Shown here piece by piece: positions 38,105-49,344 of a stretch of DNA of 64,000 bases; positions within the stretch are counted from its first letter, which is position 1, and every line of letters begins with the position of its first letter. The notes below the pieces were generated by a model. That model saw only the letters and a program-made list of their open reading frames with translations, made no database searches and was not told the origin of the DNA. Origin of the DNA: Deltaproteobacteria bacterium (GTDB lineage: Bacteria > Myxococcota_A > UBA9160 > SMWR01); assembly GCA_032128375.1 (NCBI GenBank), contig JAQBGU010000115.1, forward strand, positions 1-64,000, written 5' to 3'. Both the position numbers and the translations under genes were made by a program.

Positions 38105-38697
38105 GGCTTGATCTTATCTCCTGCCGATGCCTCACGCCTTCCCGATGGCTCGGGCTTGTCTCAATCGGTGTTGAATCTCCGCGAGCGGCGATTCCGGATT
38201 CTGCGATCCCAGGCGGATTCGTGGACCGCTTGAAGGGATTCCTCGTCGATCACTTCCGTGGTAAACGCGGCGGCGTGGAAGCGGGCACCCGATCGCGCGA
38301 TCGAATCGAAAGAATTTGTTGCAATCGGTTTTTCGACGATCCCATAGATGCAACGCCTGGCTTGCTGGCCGCTTCTGCAAGCGGATCCCATGATCGAGGC
38401 GCCCATCGAGCGAAGCAATCGCGCGGGAGACTCATGGGTCGTTCGCGGAAACAAAATTGAGTAGGCTGCACGCTCGCCCAAGAGAAGGAAGCGAGGTAAC
38501 GGGGGCTGCGGCAGCGTGTGTCAGTTTCCGCATAATGGCTCTGGTTCTTGGCGTCCTCGTTGGCCGTCTCTTCGGCGCCGCACCAGCTTTGAGCAGGAAA
38601 CCGCTTGAGTTTTCGCGCGATCCCATCCATGATCGTGGGGGACCACACCCGATTCCACGTCCGATTCCACGTCCGAGAGGCCATTGGCGACGCCGTA

Positions 38698-39666
38698 ATG
38701 TTGGGAACGCGATCTGAATGGGCGGCGTTAGCGCTGGCCGCGGTTTTTTTGCTGGGCGCAGGCTTTGCAAAGACTGACAGCGACGTTTACACGGCTGCAG
38801 GGTCGGGGGTCGCGACATTCCAGAATCCGCGCGAGGCACCTCTCTACCTGCCGGGCTGTGCCCCCTTCGTGTTCGAGCGGAGTCTCGCCGGCGGATGGAT
38901 CGACATCGGACCGCCATATTTATGTGTCTGGGAGGGGATCGCAGTTGCTGTTGAGATGAACGCGATCGTCGAGACGCCTTTCAATGCTCCAGGTGACAGC
39001 GGGATCTATCGACTGCGTTATTCCTACGGCGCGCGCTGCGACGCGGACCTTCCGTTGAGCGAGTCGAATTGTCAGGTCGAGGGCGATGTCCGTTCGAGCG
39101 AGTTCGAAGTCGAACGAGGGCTTTGCGATTCGACCGAGCTGGGGTGTCGGTTTCAGCCGGCAGCGCCAAATTTTCTCTGCGCAGACGGCGTGCACATCGG
39201 TGGTCCCGCTTCGGACTGCACACGGGATCCCAATGGCGGTAAATGCGGCTATGAATTTCTGATCTGCCCGTTCACATTCGGAGGGGCCGGCGTCGAAATT
39301 CTGCCTGGCCAACCCACCGAAGTCGACAAGATCGCCATCCGAATCTCCGGGACCTGGCCGGATAGCTGCGTCCCGACGAATCCCGTTACGTCGATCAGCG
39401 ATCAACAGATTCGGATCGACACTGCCAGTTTCGGGGAAATCTGCCTGGACGCATCGACGGAGTGGAGCGAACTCGTGGCGATCGGGCAACTCGTCGCGGG
39501 TGAATACGAAGTGATCGTTGCGAACGCGATGATCCCGGCCCCGCCCGAGGAGATGGCCCGAATTCCCTTCACGGTGCCGGAGCCGTCGGGGGTCCTCGTC
39601 CAGGTCGCAGCGGTCGTCGCGGTGACGCTGCTTGCCCGTCGATCCCGACGAACGCGAGATCTGTGA
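38698..39666 (+). CDS. PEP-CTERM sorting-domain protein, Cys-rich
   Basis: Signal peptide and C-terminal VPEPSGVLVQVAAVVAVTLLARRSRR. Confidence 0.8.
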   Translation: MLGTRSEWAALALAAVFLLGAGFAKTDSDVYTAAGSGVATFQNPREAPLYLPGCAPFVFERSLAGGWIDIGPPYLCVWEGIAVAVEMNAIVETPFNAPGDSGIYRLRYSYGARCDADLPLSESNCQVEGDVRSSEFEVERGLCDSTELGCRFQPAAPNFLCADGVHIGGPASDCTRDPNGGKCGYEFLICPFTFGGAGVEILPGQPTEVDKIAIRISGTWPDSCVPTNPVTSISDQQIRIDTASFGEICLDASTEWSELVAIGQLVAGEYEVIVANAMIPAPPEEMARIPFTVPEPSGVLVQVAAVVAVTLLARRSRRTRDL

Positions 39667-39746
39667 ACCTGTGTCTCGGCGACGAGGACCACTACACTTT
39701 GGCTAGGTGCCAAGGTGGCGCTGGCTGTGGTTAGCCCAATTCGGGC

Positions 39747-39786
39747 ATAACGGAATATCGGAATAACGGAATAACGGAATAACGGA
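39747..39786. repeat. 8-bp tandem repeat (ATAACGGA) x5, intergenic
   Basis: ATAACGGA ATATCGGA ATAACGGA ATAACGGA ATAACGGA. Confidence 0.9.
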
Positions 39787-39842
39787 AAGATACCCAGGTC
39801 GGATGAAATGCACGTCGAACACCCGGCCAAGGAGGAGTAGTC

Positions 39843-40124
39843 ATGACACGAAAACGGCAGACGGCGACCCGCTGCGCATGGTTCGCAGCGGTCTTTTCTT
39901 TCGGATACCTCTTGGGGACGATGCAATCGCCCGCCCAGGCCCAACTCGGCGAGATGGGCAAGAAGATGGGCAGCGACATGCTCGGCGAGGCGGCCGGATC
40001 CAGCGCAATGCTCGGCCAGGCGACCCAACTCGGCTCGACGATTGTCGAGATGGAAGAGCACGTCAGCGGTCTCCAAAAGAACATCGACGCGCTGAATAAG
40101 CTCAAGGCCGCGCTTGGCGGCTAA
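39843..40124 (+). CDS. Small exported hypothetical protein with coiled-coil C-terminus
   Basis: Strong AGGAGGAG RBS, AQA-Q signal cleavage site, 93 aa. Confidence 0.7.
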   Translation: MTRKRQTATRCAWFAAVFSFGYLLGTMQSPAQAQLGEMGKKMGSDMLGEAAGSSAMLGQATQLGSTIVEMEEHVSGLQKNIDALNKLKAALGG

Positions 40125-40337
40125 GGGCGGGCGGCTACGAGGTGTTCGCCGGCAGTACGGGGGGACACCTCGCACCGTGCGCGTCCGCAACCCTTCCACG
40201 AGCTTCCGTAGTTGGCGGTTTTCCCTCCATCACAGAAAAAGAAGCAGTCCGACGCTGACATTTGTGACCCGATGGAAGCTAGGATACGCACGCGGATCGT
40301 GGGGGCCAAATCTTCGAGGCATGCAGGGAGGGAAGAC

Positions 40338-40796
40338 ATGAGCAAAGTCTATGATTCGGTGATGCGTGCGCAGCGCGAGCGCGACTCGAACGTCGCCGAT
40401 AGCGGTGGGCTGCGCGATCGCCTGCGCGGCTGGATCCCCCGGCGCCGTCCTCCGGAGCCAAGCGCACCCCGCCCGGTGGTCCCACAGATCGAGATCGATC
40501 TGGAGACGATCGCTTCGGCCGCTGATATTTCGGCCGCGTTTCAGGAGAAGTTGGCTTCCATCCAGGTGGCCGTAGACGTTCTGGACACCCGAATCTCAGC
40601 CGAGATCGTGGAGCGCGAGGCTAAGATACTCGAGGAGATCGGTCGCGGAATGCGCGGGATCGAGGCGGAGCTACTGCACCGGATGGCAACCACGGCCACC
40701 GAGCTGAAGCGCACGATTCTGATGACCACCGCACTCGCGTTGGGCGTCTGTGTCCTGCTCGCTGGAATCACGATCGGGGTTCTACTGGTGTTCTAG
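40338..40796 (+). CDS. Hypothetical coiled-coil protein with C-terminal TM anchor
   Basis: GGAGG RBS, MSKVYDSVMRAQRER start, hydrophobic C-terminus. Confidence 0.65.
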   Translation: MSKVYDSVMRAQRERDSNVADSGGLRDRLRGWIPRRRPPEPSAPRPVVPQIEIDLETIASAADISAAFQEKLASIQVAVDVLDTRISAEIVEREAKILEEIGRGMRGIEAELLHRMATTATELKRTILMTTALALGVCVLLAGITIGVLLVF

Positions 40797-41088
40797 ACGC
40801 GCTTGCGTGTCACGCGAAACCGCATGCTGCGGGCTCTCGAGCGAAGGAGACGAACAGCGCCTGTTCCGATTCATTCGTTGTCGCCTGCTACGTCCCTTCG
40901 ATGACCAAGCTCATGAAGGCGAAGTTGGCGAAACCGTCGCCCCATACATCGGATTTGCCCGACACGAGAGCGTGATACGCGCGAACCTGCCAGACCCATC
41001 AGCGTTTGATTCGCGAAGAATTTGTGATTTCTGGATTCGCGATACCTCTGACGGCTCCTTTGGGCTGAGGCCGAACTTCGGGTCAGGG

Positions 41089-41568
41089 TTAGCTGGCGGG
41101 TCGGACGGGTTTCCAACGGATTGTCACTTTTCGAACCCCCCAGTCACGGGCTGCCTGGACGTCATCGCCCATGTAGATGTCGATCTTCTTGCTCCACCGC
41201 TTCGCCATTTTGTCGAGGATCCGAAACTCACCCGGTACACCGTCGATCGTCAACGTCATGCCGTGCGTGAGGCCGAGAGCCATCAGGTCGCGCGAAATGG
41301 CGACTGATTTCATGCCGGGCTCGAGGACATCGCCCCACGCGGTGATGTTGGGCTGGTCGTTGGTTTGGCTCCGGACAGAGTTATAGGCCGTCGACTCGAC
41401 CCGCAGGACCTTCTCGCGGGCGCGGATCGGACCGGGGGTTGCGCAGGAAACCATCACTCCGCACAACAGGGCGATTTGGATGCCGTATCGAGTGAACGAA
41501 ACCCAGGAGTGAAACCCGAAACGTTTCGCAATTTTCTTCGTGGCGCGGGGCGGTGCACGAAGTGACAT
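41089..41568 (-). CDS. 3D-domain protein (probable lipoprotein, cell-wall related)
   Basis: VESTAYNS...QT...TAWG, VAISRDL, ILDKM and IDIYMG, with a lipobox-like MVSC. Start uncertain. Confidence 0.85.
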   Translation of the reverse strand: MSLRAPPRATKKIAKRFGFHSWVSFTRYGIQIALLCGVMVSCATPGPIRAREKVLRVESTAYNSVRSQTNDQPNITAWGDVLEPGMKSVAISRDLMALGLTHGMTLTIDGVPGEFRILDKMAKRWSKKIDIYMGDDVQAARDWGVRKVTIRWKPVRPAS

Positions 41569-41752
41569 GCTATTGCGATCGGCCCGAACGGCACCGTCAG
41601 ATGTGACCCCCGTCACGAAGCAGTGGGTTTTCGGCCAGAGTTTTTCCGATTCAAGACCGTTCGTCTGGTTCTTCCAGCTCCGCTGCGAAAGCGCGAAGGA
41701 ATTCTTCCTGTTTCGGACGCCCGGAGAGTTGCTTGGAAGGCTTTCGAAGCGA

Positions 41753-42013
41753 CTAGGATTCTTCGGAGGCCGCGCTCGCTTGTTGCTCTTCCAATGGCTT
41801 CCAGTGGAACAGGCCGTAAATCAGCGTCTGCACGAAGTGCTGGCCCATCGATCCACCCGCCTTCTCCAACACGCTCTTCTTGACGAAGAACTCAGCGACA
41901 TGAATGAGTGCGATCGCCCCAAAGGCAAAGGTCGCCAAGCTGGCGAACCAGCCGCTTCCGAGAATCATGCCTGCCAAGAAAATGAACCACATCACGAGTG
42001 CGCTCTGTTTCAT
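41753..42013 (-). CDS. Small membrane protein, DUF1145-like
   Basis: Two TM segments, IHVAE and HFVQTLIYGLFHW. Confidence 0.6.
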   Translation of the reverse strand: MKQSALVMWFIFLAGMILGSGWFASLATFAFGAIALIHVAEFFVKKSVLEKAGGSMGQHFVQTLIYGLFHWKPLEEQQASAASEES

Positions 42014-42178
42014 CAGGTGATTCACGCACGCGATGACGTGATTGTCAAGCTCTGATGGGATCGACGCGGCCGAAGTCAGGGTTGGGTCCGGCGGCTGCGC
42101 GCGCGCAGCGATGAGAAGATATGCTTCGGGCTTGTCTCCGGCTCCCGGATCACATGATCGCACGTGCGAGGATACGGA

Positions 42179-43393
42179 ATGAACGCCAACTTCGACAACC
42201 CGTATGACGTCATGGCACCCGTTCACGACAACGCCGCGCGGGACGTAGCGCTCAGTCGGTTGCGGCGAGAGTCTCCGATCCATTGGGACGAAGACAACGC
42301 GTGGTGGCTGCTTACCCGACACGCCGATGTCCGCGAAGTCTCACGTCACCCCGAAATCTACTCCTCCGAGCCCAAGGGACCCTGGCACGTGTTCGAGCAC
42401 CGCTTTTCGATGCAGGCCATGGATGGCAAGACCCACCTGCGACACCGAAACATTGTCAGTCGAGCCTTCACGCCACGTATGGTCTCGATCCTGACTGACC
42501 GTGCAAAGGGTTATGCGGACGTGGCGATCGATGGGCTCGCGGGTCGGCGCAGTGCGGAATTCGTGACGGACCTCGCGGTGCCCGTACCGATGCGGATCAT
42601 CGCCGATATGCTCGGTGTCGCGGATGGCGATCTCGCTTCGTTCCGTGAATGGAGTGACGCGATGGTGATCGCGGGCGGTGGCCACGCGCCGGCGGAGCAA
42701 CTGGCGCGGTCGGGCGAGCTCGTGGGAGAATTACAGGCCTACATCGCTGAAACGGTTCGCAAGCATCGAGCCCAGCCCGAGGATGACATTCTGAGCCGGA
42801 TTATCGCAGCGTCCGATGAAGGGCTTCTCGACGACATGCCCGATGGGACCCGTGCCAACCGTCTCGATCCGGACGAGATCAAGGACATGGCCATGTTCCT
42901 GCTGATCGCGGGCAATGAAACGACCCGCAACGGGATCGCCCAGGGAATGCTCGCGCTGTTCGAGCATCCCGAACAACGCGCCAGGCTCGCGTCGGACCCT
43001 TCGCTGTGGAGCACCGCGGCCGACGAGATTCTGCGTTGGACGACCCCGGTGCGCGCGATGCGCCGCGTGGCCCTCGAAGATGCCACGCTCGCGGGCCAGG
43101 CGATCCTCAAGGGCGAGTCCGTCGTGATGGTCTATGCGTCAGCAAATCGAGACGAAGCGGTCTTCGACGACGCGCAGTCTTTCCGGGTGGACCGAACGCC
43201 AAACGAACATCTTTCGCTCGGATTCGGGCCTCACTATTGCCTCGGCGCAAACCTCGCCCGGATGGAGATCCACGTCACGCTGCAACGGATCCTGGAACGC
43301 CTACCCGAAATCAGGCTGGCGAAGGGCGCGCAGCCCACCTTCACGCCAAGTGCACTGATCGACGGGATCGAGGAAATGCCGGTCGAGTGGTGA
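42179..43393 (+). CDS. Cytochrome P450
   Basis: AGNETT I-helix, EILR (ExxR) and FGPHYCLG heme motif. Confidence 0.95.
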   Translation: MNANFDNPYDVMAPVHDNAARDVALSRLRRESPIHWDEDNAWWLLTRHADVREVSRHPEIYSSEPKGPWHVFEHRFSMQAMDGKTHLRHRNIVSRAFTPRMVSILTDRAKGYADVAIDGLAGRRSAEFVTDLAVPVPMRIIADMLGVADGDLASFREWSDAMVIAGGGHAPAEQLARSGELVGELQAYIAETVRKHRAQPEDDILSRIIAASDEGLLDDMPDGTRANRLDPDEIKDMAMFLLIAGNETTRNGIAQGMLALFEHPEQRARLASDPSLWSTAADEILRWTTPVRAMRRVALEDATLAGQAILKGESVVMVYASANRDEAVFDDAQSFRVDRTPNEHLSLGFGPHYCLGANLARMEIHVTLQRILERLPEIRLAKGAQPTFTPSALIDGIEEMPVEW

Positions 43394-43427
43394 GCCCACG
43401 CCACGTGCCGTTCGGCGAAAAACCTGA

Positions 43428-44423
43428 ATGACGAAATTCTCTGTGCTCGATCTTGCCCCTGTGACGCAAGGCAGCACGCCGGCCGACGCGTTGCGCAATT
43501 CCCTCGATCTCGCGCAGCATGCGGAAGGTTGGGGCTACACACGTTACTGGCTCGCCGAGCACCACAACATGAAGGGGATCGCCAGCGCAGCGACATCGGT
43601 GGTGATCGGCTTCATCGCGGGCGGTACATCGACGATTCGAGTCGGTGCCGGTGGGATCATGTTGCCCAATCACTCGCCGCTGGTGATTGCGGAACAATTC
43701 GGCACCTTGGCGTCGCTGTATCCCGACCGAGTGGACCTCGGGTTGGGTCGCGCGCCGGGCACGGATCAGGTGACCTCCAGGGCACTGCGCAGGACTCGAA
43801 ATGGCAGTGTTGAAGACTTTCCCCGGGACGTTGTGGAGCTACAGCAATACTTGAAGGAATCACAGCCGGGCCAACGCGTGACTGCGGTACCCGGTGCGGG
43901 AACCCATGTGCCGTTGTGGATATTGGGCTCGAGCCTGTTTGGCGCGCAATTGGCTGCGATGCTGGGACTGCCGTTTGCGTTTGCGTCTCATTTCGCCCCC
44001 GCTCAGATGACCGAGGCAATCGCAATCTACCGCGATCGATTCGAGCCGTCCGACCAACTACAGGCGCCATATATCATGCTCGGATTCAATGTCTGTGCCG
44101 CAGAGACGGATCAGGAAGCCCACTTTCTGCGGTCTTCGTCGTTGCAATCGTTTCTCAATCTTCGTCGCGGTACACCCGGCCAGTTGCCGCCACCGATCAA
44201 AGACTTCGAGGAAACGATGGGTGCACAAGAGCGTGCGCTGCTGGCACAAATGCGCAGCTGCTCTGCCGTGGGTTCACTGGAAACGGTCACCGATGGGTTG
44301 GCGCGATTTATTGACCAAACCGGAGCAGACGAGTTGATGTTGGTGTCGTCGATCTTTGATCATCGCAAGCGGCTGCGCTCATTCGAGTTGGCGGCAGAAG
44401 CGGGCAGGCGAATCGCTCGATAG
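43428..44423 (+). CDS. Luciferase-like (LLM class) flavin-dependent oxidoreductase, YhbW-like
   Basis: [35 protein letters not shown] and DLGLGRAPG. Confidence 0.92.
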   Translation: MTKFSVLDLAPVTQGSTPADALRNSLDLAQHAEGWGYTRYWLAEHHNMKGIASAATSVVIGFIAGGTSTIRVGAGGIMLPNHSPLVIAEQFGTLASLYPDRVDLGLGRAPGTDQVTSRALRRTRNGSVEDFPRDVVELQQYLKESQPGQRVTAVPGAGTHVPLWILGSSLFGAQLAAMLGLPFAFASHFAPAQMTEAIAIYRDRFEPSDQLQAPYIMLGFNVCAAETDQEAHFLRSSSLQSFLNLRRGTPGQLPPPIKDFEETMGAQERALLAQMRSCSAVGSLETVTDGLARFIDQTGADELMLVSSIFDHRKRLRSFELAAEAGRRIAR

Positions 44424-44501
44424 TTCTTCGGCGTGCCCCGCCCGACTCGGAATCCGGGTGCCTTTGTTCGTTCGACGGAATCGCAACGAGAACGTTGCGG
44501 A

Positions 44502-44936
44502 TCAACTCGGAATCGGGTCGCGGCTCGTCGTGACGATGCGTTGCGCGGGAGTGCTCAATTCGCGCAGCAAGTACGCGCCGAATTCGCGCGAATAGCTCTG
44601 CTCGGAGATCGCTTGCTCCATGCACGCCAACCACGCGTCACGCTCGTCGGGTCCCACCCGCAGGTGTGCGTGAGCCTTGGGGAGCTTGATGGAGCCGTAC
44701 TTCTCGGCATAGAGTTGAGGCCCGTTCAGCCAGCCGCACAGGAAGCGCGTGAGCTTGTCGCGGGATGGCGTGAGGTCGCCGGGGTGCATTCGACGGATGG
44801 ATTGGGCCTGCGGGAGTTCATTCATGATGCGGTAGAAAGCATCGACAAGATTCGCAATGCCCTCTCGTTCGCCAGCGGCTCGGTATGACGCATCACCTAC
44901 TCCGTATTGTGTCTGTCGATCGTTCTCGAGGGTCAC
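44502..44936 (-). CDS. Group II truncated hemoglobin
   Basis: LVDAFY...MH...KLTRFLCGWLNGPQLY...AHAHL...ERDAWLACM. Confidence 0.9.
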   Translation of the reverse strand: MTLENDRQTQYGVGDASYRAAGEREGIANLVDAFYRIMNELPQAQSIRRMHPGDLTPSRDKLTRFLCGWLNGPQLYAEKYGSIKLPKAHAHLRVGPDERDAWLACMEQAISEQSYSREFGAYLLRELSTPAQRIVTTSRDPIPS

Positions 44937-45163
44937 TTCGATGTTGCCCCTGTATCGCGTCTCAACCCGCAGGCGGGATTCGTCGGGCCTGCATTCACGG
45001 CGGCTCGCTCACAGTATCGGACTTTCAGCAGGGAAGGGCGTCATCGATCTGGGAGTCCACTCGGAATCTTTCGCTGAAGATAGTCACAATACAGTGCTCG
45101 CGAAATGACGCGCATCGACCGGTTCGGCTGCGGAAAGACCGGTCGCATACTAGAGTTCGTGTG

Positions 45164-46024
45164 ATGAAAAACAGCCCGAGCATCATCTCCTACACCGATG
45201 GGCTCGCGGTCCGCGATCTCGAGCATTTCGCGCAAAGGATCGAGGAACTCGGCTATGACTCCGTCTGGGTTACCGAGTTCACCGGTCGCGATCCATACAC
45301 GACGGCCGCTCACCTGCTCGCGCGCACACAGCGCATCAAGATCGCCACGGGCATCGCGAACGTGTATTCGCACGACGCGGTCGTCGCCGCGCAGAACCGC
45401 CAGACGTTGGCCGAGCTATCCGATGGGCGCTTCGTGCTTGGCCTTGGCGTGTCCCACCCGCCGATGGCGGCCATGCACCAGCTCGCGTGGCTGCCGCCTC
45501 TGCGCAAGATGCGGGAGTACCTCGATGCGATGGACGCAACCCGGGTCGACTCGCCGGCACCCGCCGTGCCGGCCCCCATTTGGCTCGCGGCCAATGGTCC
45601 CAAGCTGCTCGAACTGGTGGCCCAGAGACTGGACGCTGCGAACACATACCTCTTGCCTCCGGCGCACACCCAGCGTGCCCGAAATATTCTGGGACCCGAC
45701 AAGCGCCTCAACGTCGTGCTTCCGTGCTGTCTTTGCGAGGACCCCGAACGCGCGCGAAAAATCTCGCGCCGGGCGTTGAGCATTTACCTGCCGCTGCCCG
45801 CCTACCAGAACGAGTGGCGGAAGTTTGGCTTCGACGATTCCGACTGGGCGAGCGGCGGCAGTGATCGGCTGATCGATAGCGTGGTCGCATGGGGCGACGA
45901 GGCCGCGATCCGAGCAAGGATCGACGAGTACGAGGCTTCCGGAGCGTCCCACATCGCCGTCAGTGCGTACCATGCGGGCGGCCAGGGGATGGACTGGAAA
46001 CTTCTGGAGATGCTCGCACCCTGA
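45164..46024 (+). CDS. LLM-class, probably F420-dependent, oxidoreductase
   Basis: IEELGYDSVW, IATGIANVY, GRFVLGLGVSH and SDRLIDSVVAWGD. Confidence 0.85.
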   Translation: MKNSPSIISYTDGLAVRDLEHFAQRIEELGYDSVWVTEFTGRDPYTTAAHLLARTQRIKIATGIANVYSHDAVVAAQNRQTLAELSDGRFVLGLGVSHPPMAAMHQLAWLPPLRKMREYLDAMDATRVDSPAPAVPAPIWLAANGPKLLELVAQRLDAANTYLLPPAHTQRARNILGPDKRLNVVLPCCLCEDPERARKISRRALSIYLPLPAYQNEWRKFGFDDSDWASGGSDRLIDSVVAWGDEAAIRARIDEYEASGASHIAVSAYHAGGQGMDWKLLEMLAP

Positions 46025-46050
46025 TGGCGCCAGCGCCGATTGCGAAAGGG

Positions 46051-46464
46051 TCAGAGCCGGTTGATCGAGAACACCGGGATCACACGCGCCGCCGCGCACG
46101 CGACATACTCGGCGAACTGCGGAACCGACTCAGCCTGACGGCTCAGCTTCCGCGCTGCGTCAGCCACGGGTAGCTCGATGACGTTTGCTTGAAACCTCTT
46201 GGTGCCGTACTCGACTGTGATCTGGGGGTTGGCCCTCGAGTTGAAGGTCCAGTCGGGATGCGTGGTCGCCCCGGCATTGGTTCCGTAGAGCAGCATCTCG
46301 TCGTCGTCGATGACGGCAATCAATGGTACCTCCCGTACCCGCCCGGATCTGGCGCCGATCGTATGCAGGATGACGACGGGCAGTTCTCCGAACCGCGCGA
46401 CATGGCCGCCGTTGGCTCGAAACTCGGCGATGACTTCTGCATTCAGCGCTTTCCAATCGAACAT
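46051..46464 (-). CDS. Deazaflavin (F420H2)-dependent nitroreductase/quinone reductase family (Ddn-like)
   Basis: NAEVIAEFRANGG, LHTIGARSG and HPDWxxNxRANP. Confidence 0.88.
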   Translation of the reverse strand: MFDWKALNAEVIAEFRANGGHVARFGELPVVILHTIGARSGRVREVPLIAVIDDDEMLLYGTNAGATTHPDWTFNSRANPQITVEYGTKRFQANVIELPVADAARKLSRQAESVPQFAEYVACAAARVIPVFSINRL

Positions 46465-46707
46465 GCGGCCAGGAGTCCGTGCGGTAGAGCGCCAGCTCTA
46501 GCGATCAGGCGACGACGGTGCAGAATTCGAAGAATCCGCCCCAGCCTACGGGTCTTCTCCCGAGGTGTCCATCGCCGGGCAACGGCCGGGTGCCAGCGCT
46601 CGAGGTGCGATCGCGGCAAGATCAACCTGTGGCGTGCGCCAATTCGTTATACTCGTCGTTGGAGCTTACGCCGCCGAAGATGATGAACCGAACCGGAGGA
46701 AGCTTCC

Positions 46708-47949
46708 ATGGTTGCAGCCGCGACCCGATCGGACTTTGACGCGAACCGGACCATCGACCTGACCGGCCGGTTTTTTGCGGACCACAAGTACGACTGGTAC
46801 CGCTGGGCGCTCGAGGAGGCGCCGGCCTGCGTCGGGAAAATCAGCTTGCTGAAGCTGAACCTGGTTTCGCGCTACGACGACTGTCGAATGGTGCTGACGG
46901 ACGACCGTTTCGTGCGCAATCGAGGCCGGGCGCGGGGAAAGGGCTCGAACCCCTTGCCATTCCCGATCCCCAAGTCGATTGCGGCGTTTTCGAGGAGCAT
47001 GATCCTGGAAGACGACCCCGAGCACCGCCGCCTGCGCAACCTGGTGAACAAGGCATTTACACCGCGTGCCATCGCTCGGCTGTCGGGTCGGGTCGATGAA
47101 CTCTCGAACCACCTGCTCGATGAGCTCGAGAAGCAAGGCACGGTCGATCTGTTGGCGGCCTACTCGCGGCCGATACCCACCCGCGTGATCGCCGAGATGG
47201 TGGGCTTGGCGAACGATGACGTTGAAAAACTCAGTTTCAACCTCGGTGTGCTGACCAAGGGATTGTCCGGCTTCGGCCTGGTGCGGAGTCTGCTCTGGGA
47301 TCTTCGCGCCACGCTGAGGTTCGTCCGCGGGCTGGTCGCCAAGAAACGAGCACAGCCGGGGGACGACATCCTGTCTGCATTGATCCACGCGGAAGAGGAG
47401 GGCGACCGACTCAGCGAAGACGAGCTTCTGGCGATGGTTTTTTTGCTGATCATCGGGGGCTTCGAAACGACGCTTCACCTGATCACGAACGGCGTGCGCA
47501 CGCTGCTGGAGCATCCGGATCAGCGCGAACGCTTGCGCGCTGAGCCCGGCCTGTGGGATTCGGCTGTCGAGGAGATCGTGCGTCACCGAGGACCGGTTCA
47601 CGGCACGAAGCCTCAATACGCGACCGAGGACGTGACACTGCACGGCTTCACAATCAAGAAGGGCACGCCGACGATGCCGCTACTTGGCGCCGCGAACCAC
47701 GACCCGCGGGCCTTTGAAAGACCGGAAGAGTTCGACATCGCGCGCTCGCCGAACCGCCACCTCGGCTTCGGCCTCGGCATGCACTTCTGTTTGGGGCGTC
47801 AGCTCGCCCTGATGGAGACACGGGTGGCGCTCGAGAACCTTTTCGATCGCAACCCGGACTTGCGGCTCGCGGTGAAGCCAGGCGAACTCGAGCTGGCCCG
47901 CCTGCCGGGTTGGCACCGGCATGTGAGCCTACCGGTGGCGTTGCGGTAG
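46708..47949 (+). CDS. Cytochrome P450
   Basis: DDPEHRRLR, GGFETT, EIVR and FGLGMHFCLG. Confidence 0.95.
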   Translation: MVAAATRSDFDANRTIDLTGRFFADHKYDWYRWALEEAPACVGKISLLKLNLVSRYDDCRMVLTDDRFVRNRGRARGKGSNPLPFPIPKSIAAFSRSMILEDDPEHRRLRNLVNKAFTPRAIARLSGRVDELSNHLLDELEKQGTVDLLAAYSRPIPTRVIAEMVGLANDDVEKLSFNLGVLTKGLSGFGLVRSLLWDLRATLRFVRGLVAKKRAQPGDDILSALIHAEEEGDRLSEDELLAMVFLLIIGGFETTLHLITNGVRTLLEHPDQRERLRAEPGLWDSAVEEIVRHRGPVHGTKPQYATEDVTLHGFTIKKGTPTMPLLGAANHDPRAFERPEEFDIARSPNRHLGFGLGMHFCLGRQLALMETRVALENLFDRNPDLRLAVKPGELELARLPGWHRHVSLPVALR

Positions 47950-48111
47950 AAAAGGCTGATCTTCCGCCTCTCGAAGTACGCGCAGACCGTGGCGGAGAAT
48001 GCAGCACGTCACGGGCTCACGTCGATCACCGACAACGCAAGCAATCACGTCCACGAGTGCCCTCGTCAGGTGTTTTCCGTCGGTTCGCACGACGCATCTT
48101 GGGTCGGGCGC

Positions 48112-48507
48112 CTAGGCAGCAACCTGGGAGCACTGACAACCGATCGATGCGCGCAAGCTGCGCAAGTCCTCGAGCACCGTATCGATGCCGAGGTAGCGCG
48201 CGAACGCGAGGCTCGCGGCGGCCTCCTTGCCGGGTGTGAAGGCCCGATCGAAGAATACTTCGTCGTCGAGTTCGACTGCGCGGTAGTTGGCAATTTCGTT
48301 CAGGTCCGAGTCGGACAGCTGCTCGAATTTACCCGATTCCAGCAGACGCACGGTTTCACACAGGGCGGGAGCCAACGCCGACCATTCGAATCGGTGAAGT
48401 TCGTCGAGCAGTGCGGTTTGGTCGACGCGATGACAACGAATTGAACTCACGACGGTTAGCTCCGCTGGACGCAAATTCTGGGTCTGCAAAGAGTACCCGC
48501 GCGACAC
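48112..48507 (-). CDS. Hypothetical protein or gene remnant
   Basis: Protein-like composition in the central part and it fills an otherwise empty gap. No recognised motif. Confidence 0.3.
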   Translation of the reverse strand: MSRGYSLQTQNLRPAELTVVSSIRCHRVDQTALLDELHRFEWSALAPALCETVRLLESGKFEQLSDSDLNEIANYRAVELDDEVFFDRAFTPGKEAAASLAFARYLGIDTVLEDLRSLRASIGCQCSQVAA

Positions 48508-48762
48508 TTTGTCCGCGACTACGGGATGCAGGATCGACCGTATCGAGAAAAACCGCTGTGAACCCCTTCACACGTCCAAATGATAAAACGGGCATTTCAA
48601 CGGGTAGTTCCACCGGCAGTGGGCCCGCAAACCGGGCCGGATATTCCCCCAGGGAATGGAGATACCGGTCGCCTTCGAAAACGCAGCGCCGCGTCGATTC
48701 GCAGCCCTGATATGCTGCCACGACAGCCCCGAGGCGTGTTCGGGGGGGCACAGAGGATCGAA

Positions 48763-49344
48763 ATGTCGGATAAACCTAGTTATCTCGGGCTCTTGAACGC
48801 GATCGCAGTCGGCGAAGGCCGCGCGCACACCTACCTGCGCGCGTGGGCGGAGACGACTGACGACCCCGAAGTTCGCCGCGTAGTCGAGACGGTCGCGATC
48901 CGCGAGGGCGAGCACGCGTTGGCGTTCGGCAAGCGCATCTGCGAGCTCGGCTACTCGCTGCGCCGGCGCGAAGACGAGAGCCTGGAGAAAAATCTGGCGC
49001 TCGTGACCTCCGACCGGACCGACCTCGAGAAGTTCGAGAAGCTCGGCCTCGGGGGCGATGGCGGACGCAGCGGCGCCGACCCGTTCGCGAAGATCTTCGA
49101 GGACACGACGATCGATGTCCAGACCGGCGAACTACTCGGACGCTACATCGCCGAAGAGCGCGACAGTGGCCGGCTGTTCCGCGCCTGCTACGCCAAGCTG
49201 CGTTCGGATCCGCCCAAACCAGTCGAAACTTCGCAGCGATCGCCGGGCCTCGCGGCCGACGTGCGTAGCTTGCGGGAGCAGACGGGTGCGGTCTCTGATG
49301 GGATCCAGAACCTACGCCGAGAGGTGTCCGCGCTACGCGGCTGA
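48763..49344 (+). CDS. Ferritin-like four-helix-bundle protein
   Basis: NAIAVGE, REGEH (ExxH) and YIAEERDS. GAGGA RBS before ATG 48763. Confidence 0.7.
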   Translation: MSDKPSYLGLLNAIAVGEGRAHTYLRAWAETTDDPEVRRVVETVAIREGEHALAFGKRICELGYSLRRREDESLEKNLALVTSDRTDLEKFEKLGLGGDGGRSGADPFAKIFEDTTIDVQTGELLGRYIAEERDSGRLFRACYAKLRSDPPKPVETSQRSPGLAADVRSLREQTGAVSDGIQNLRREVSALRG

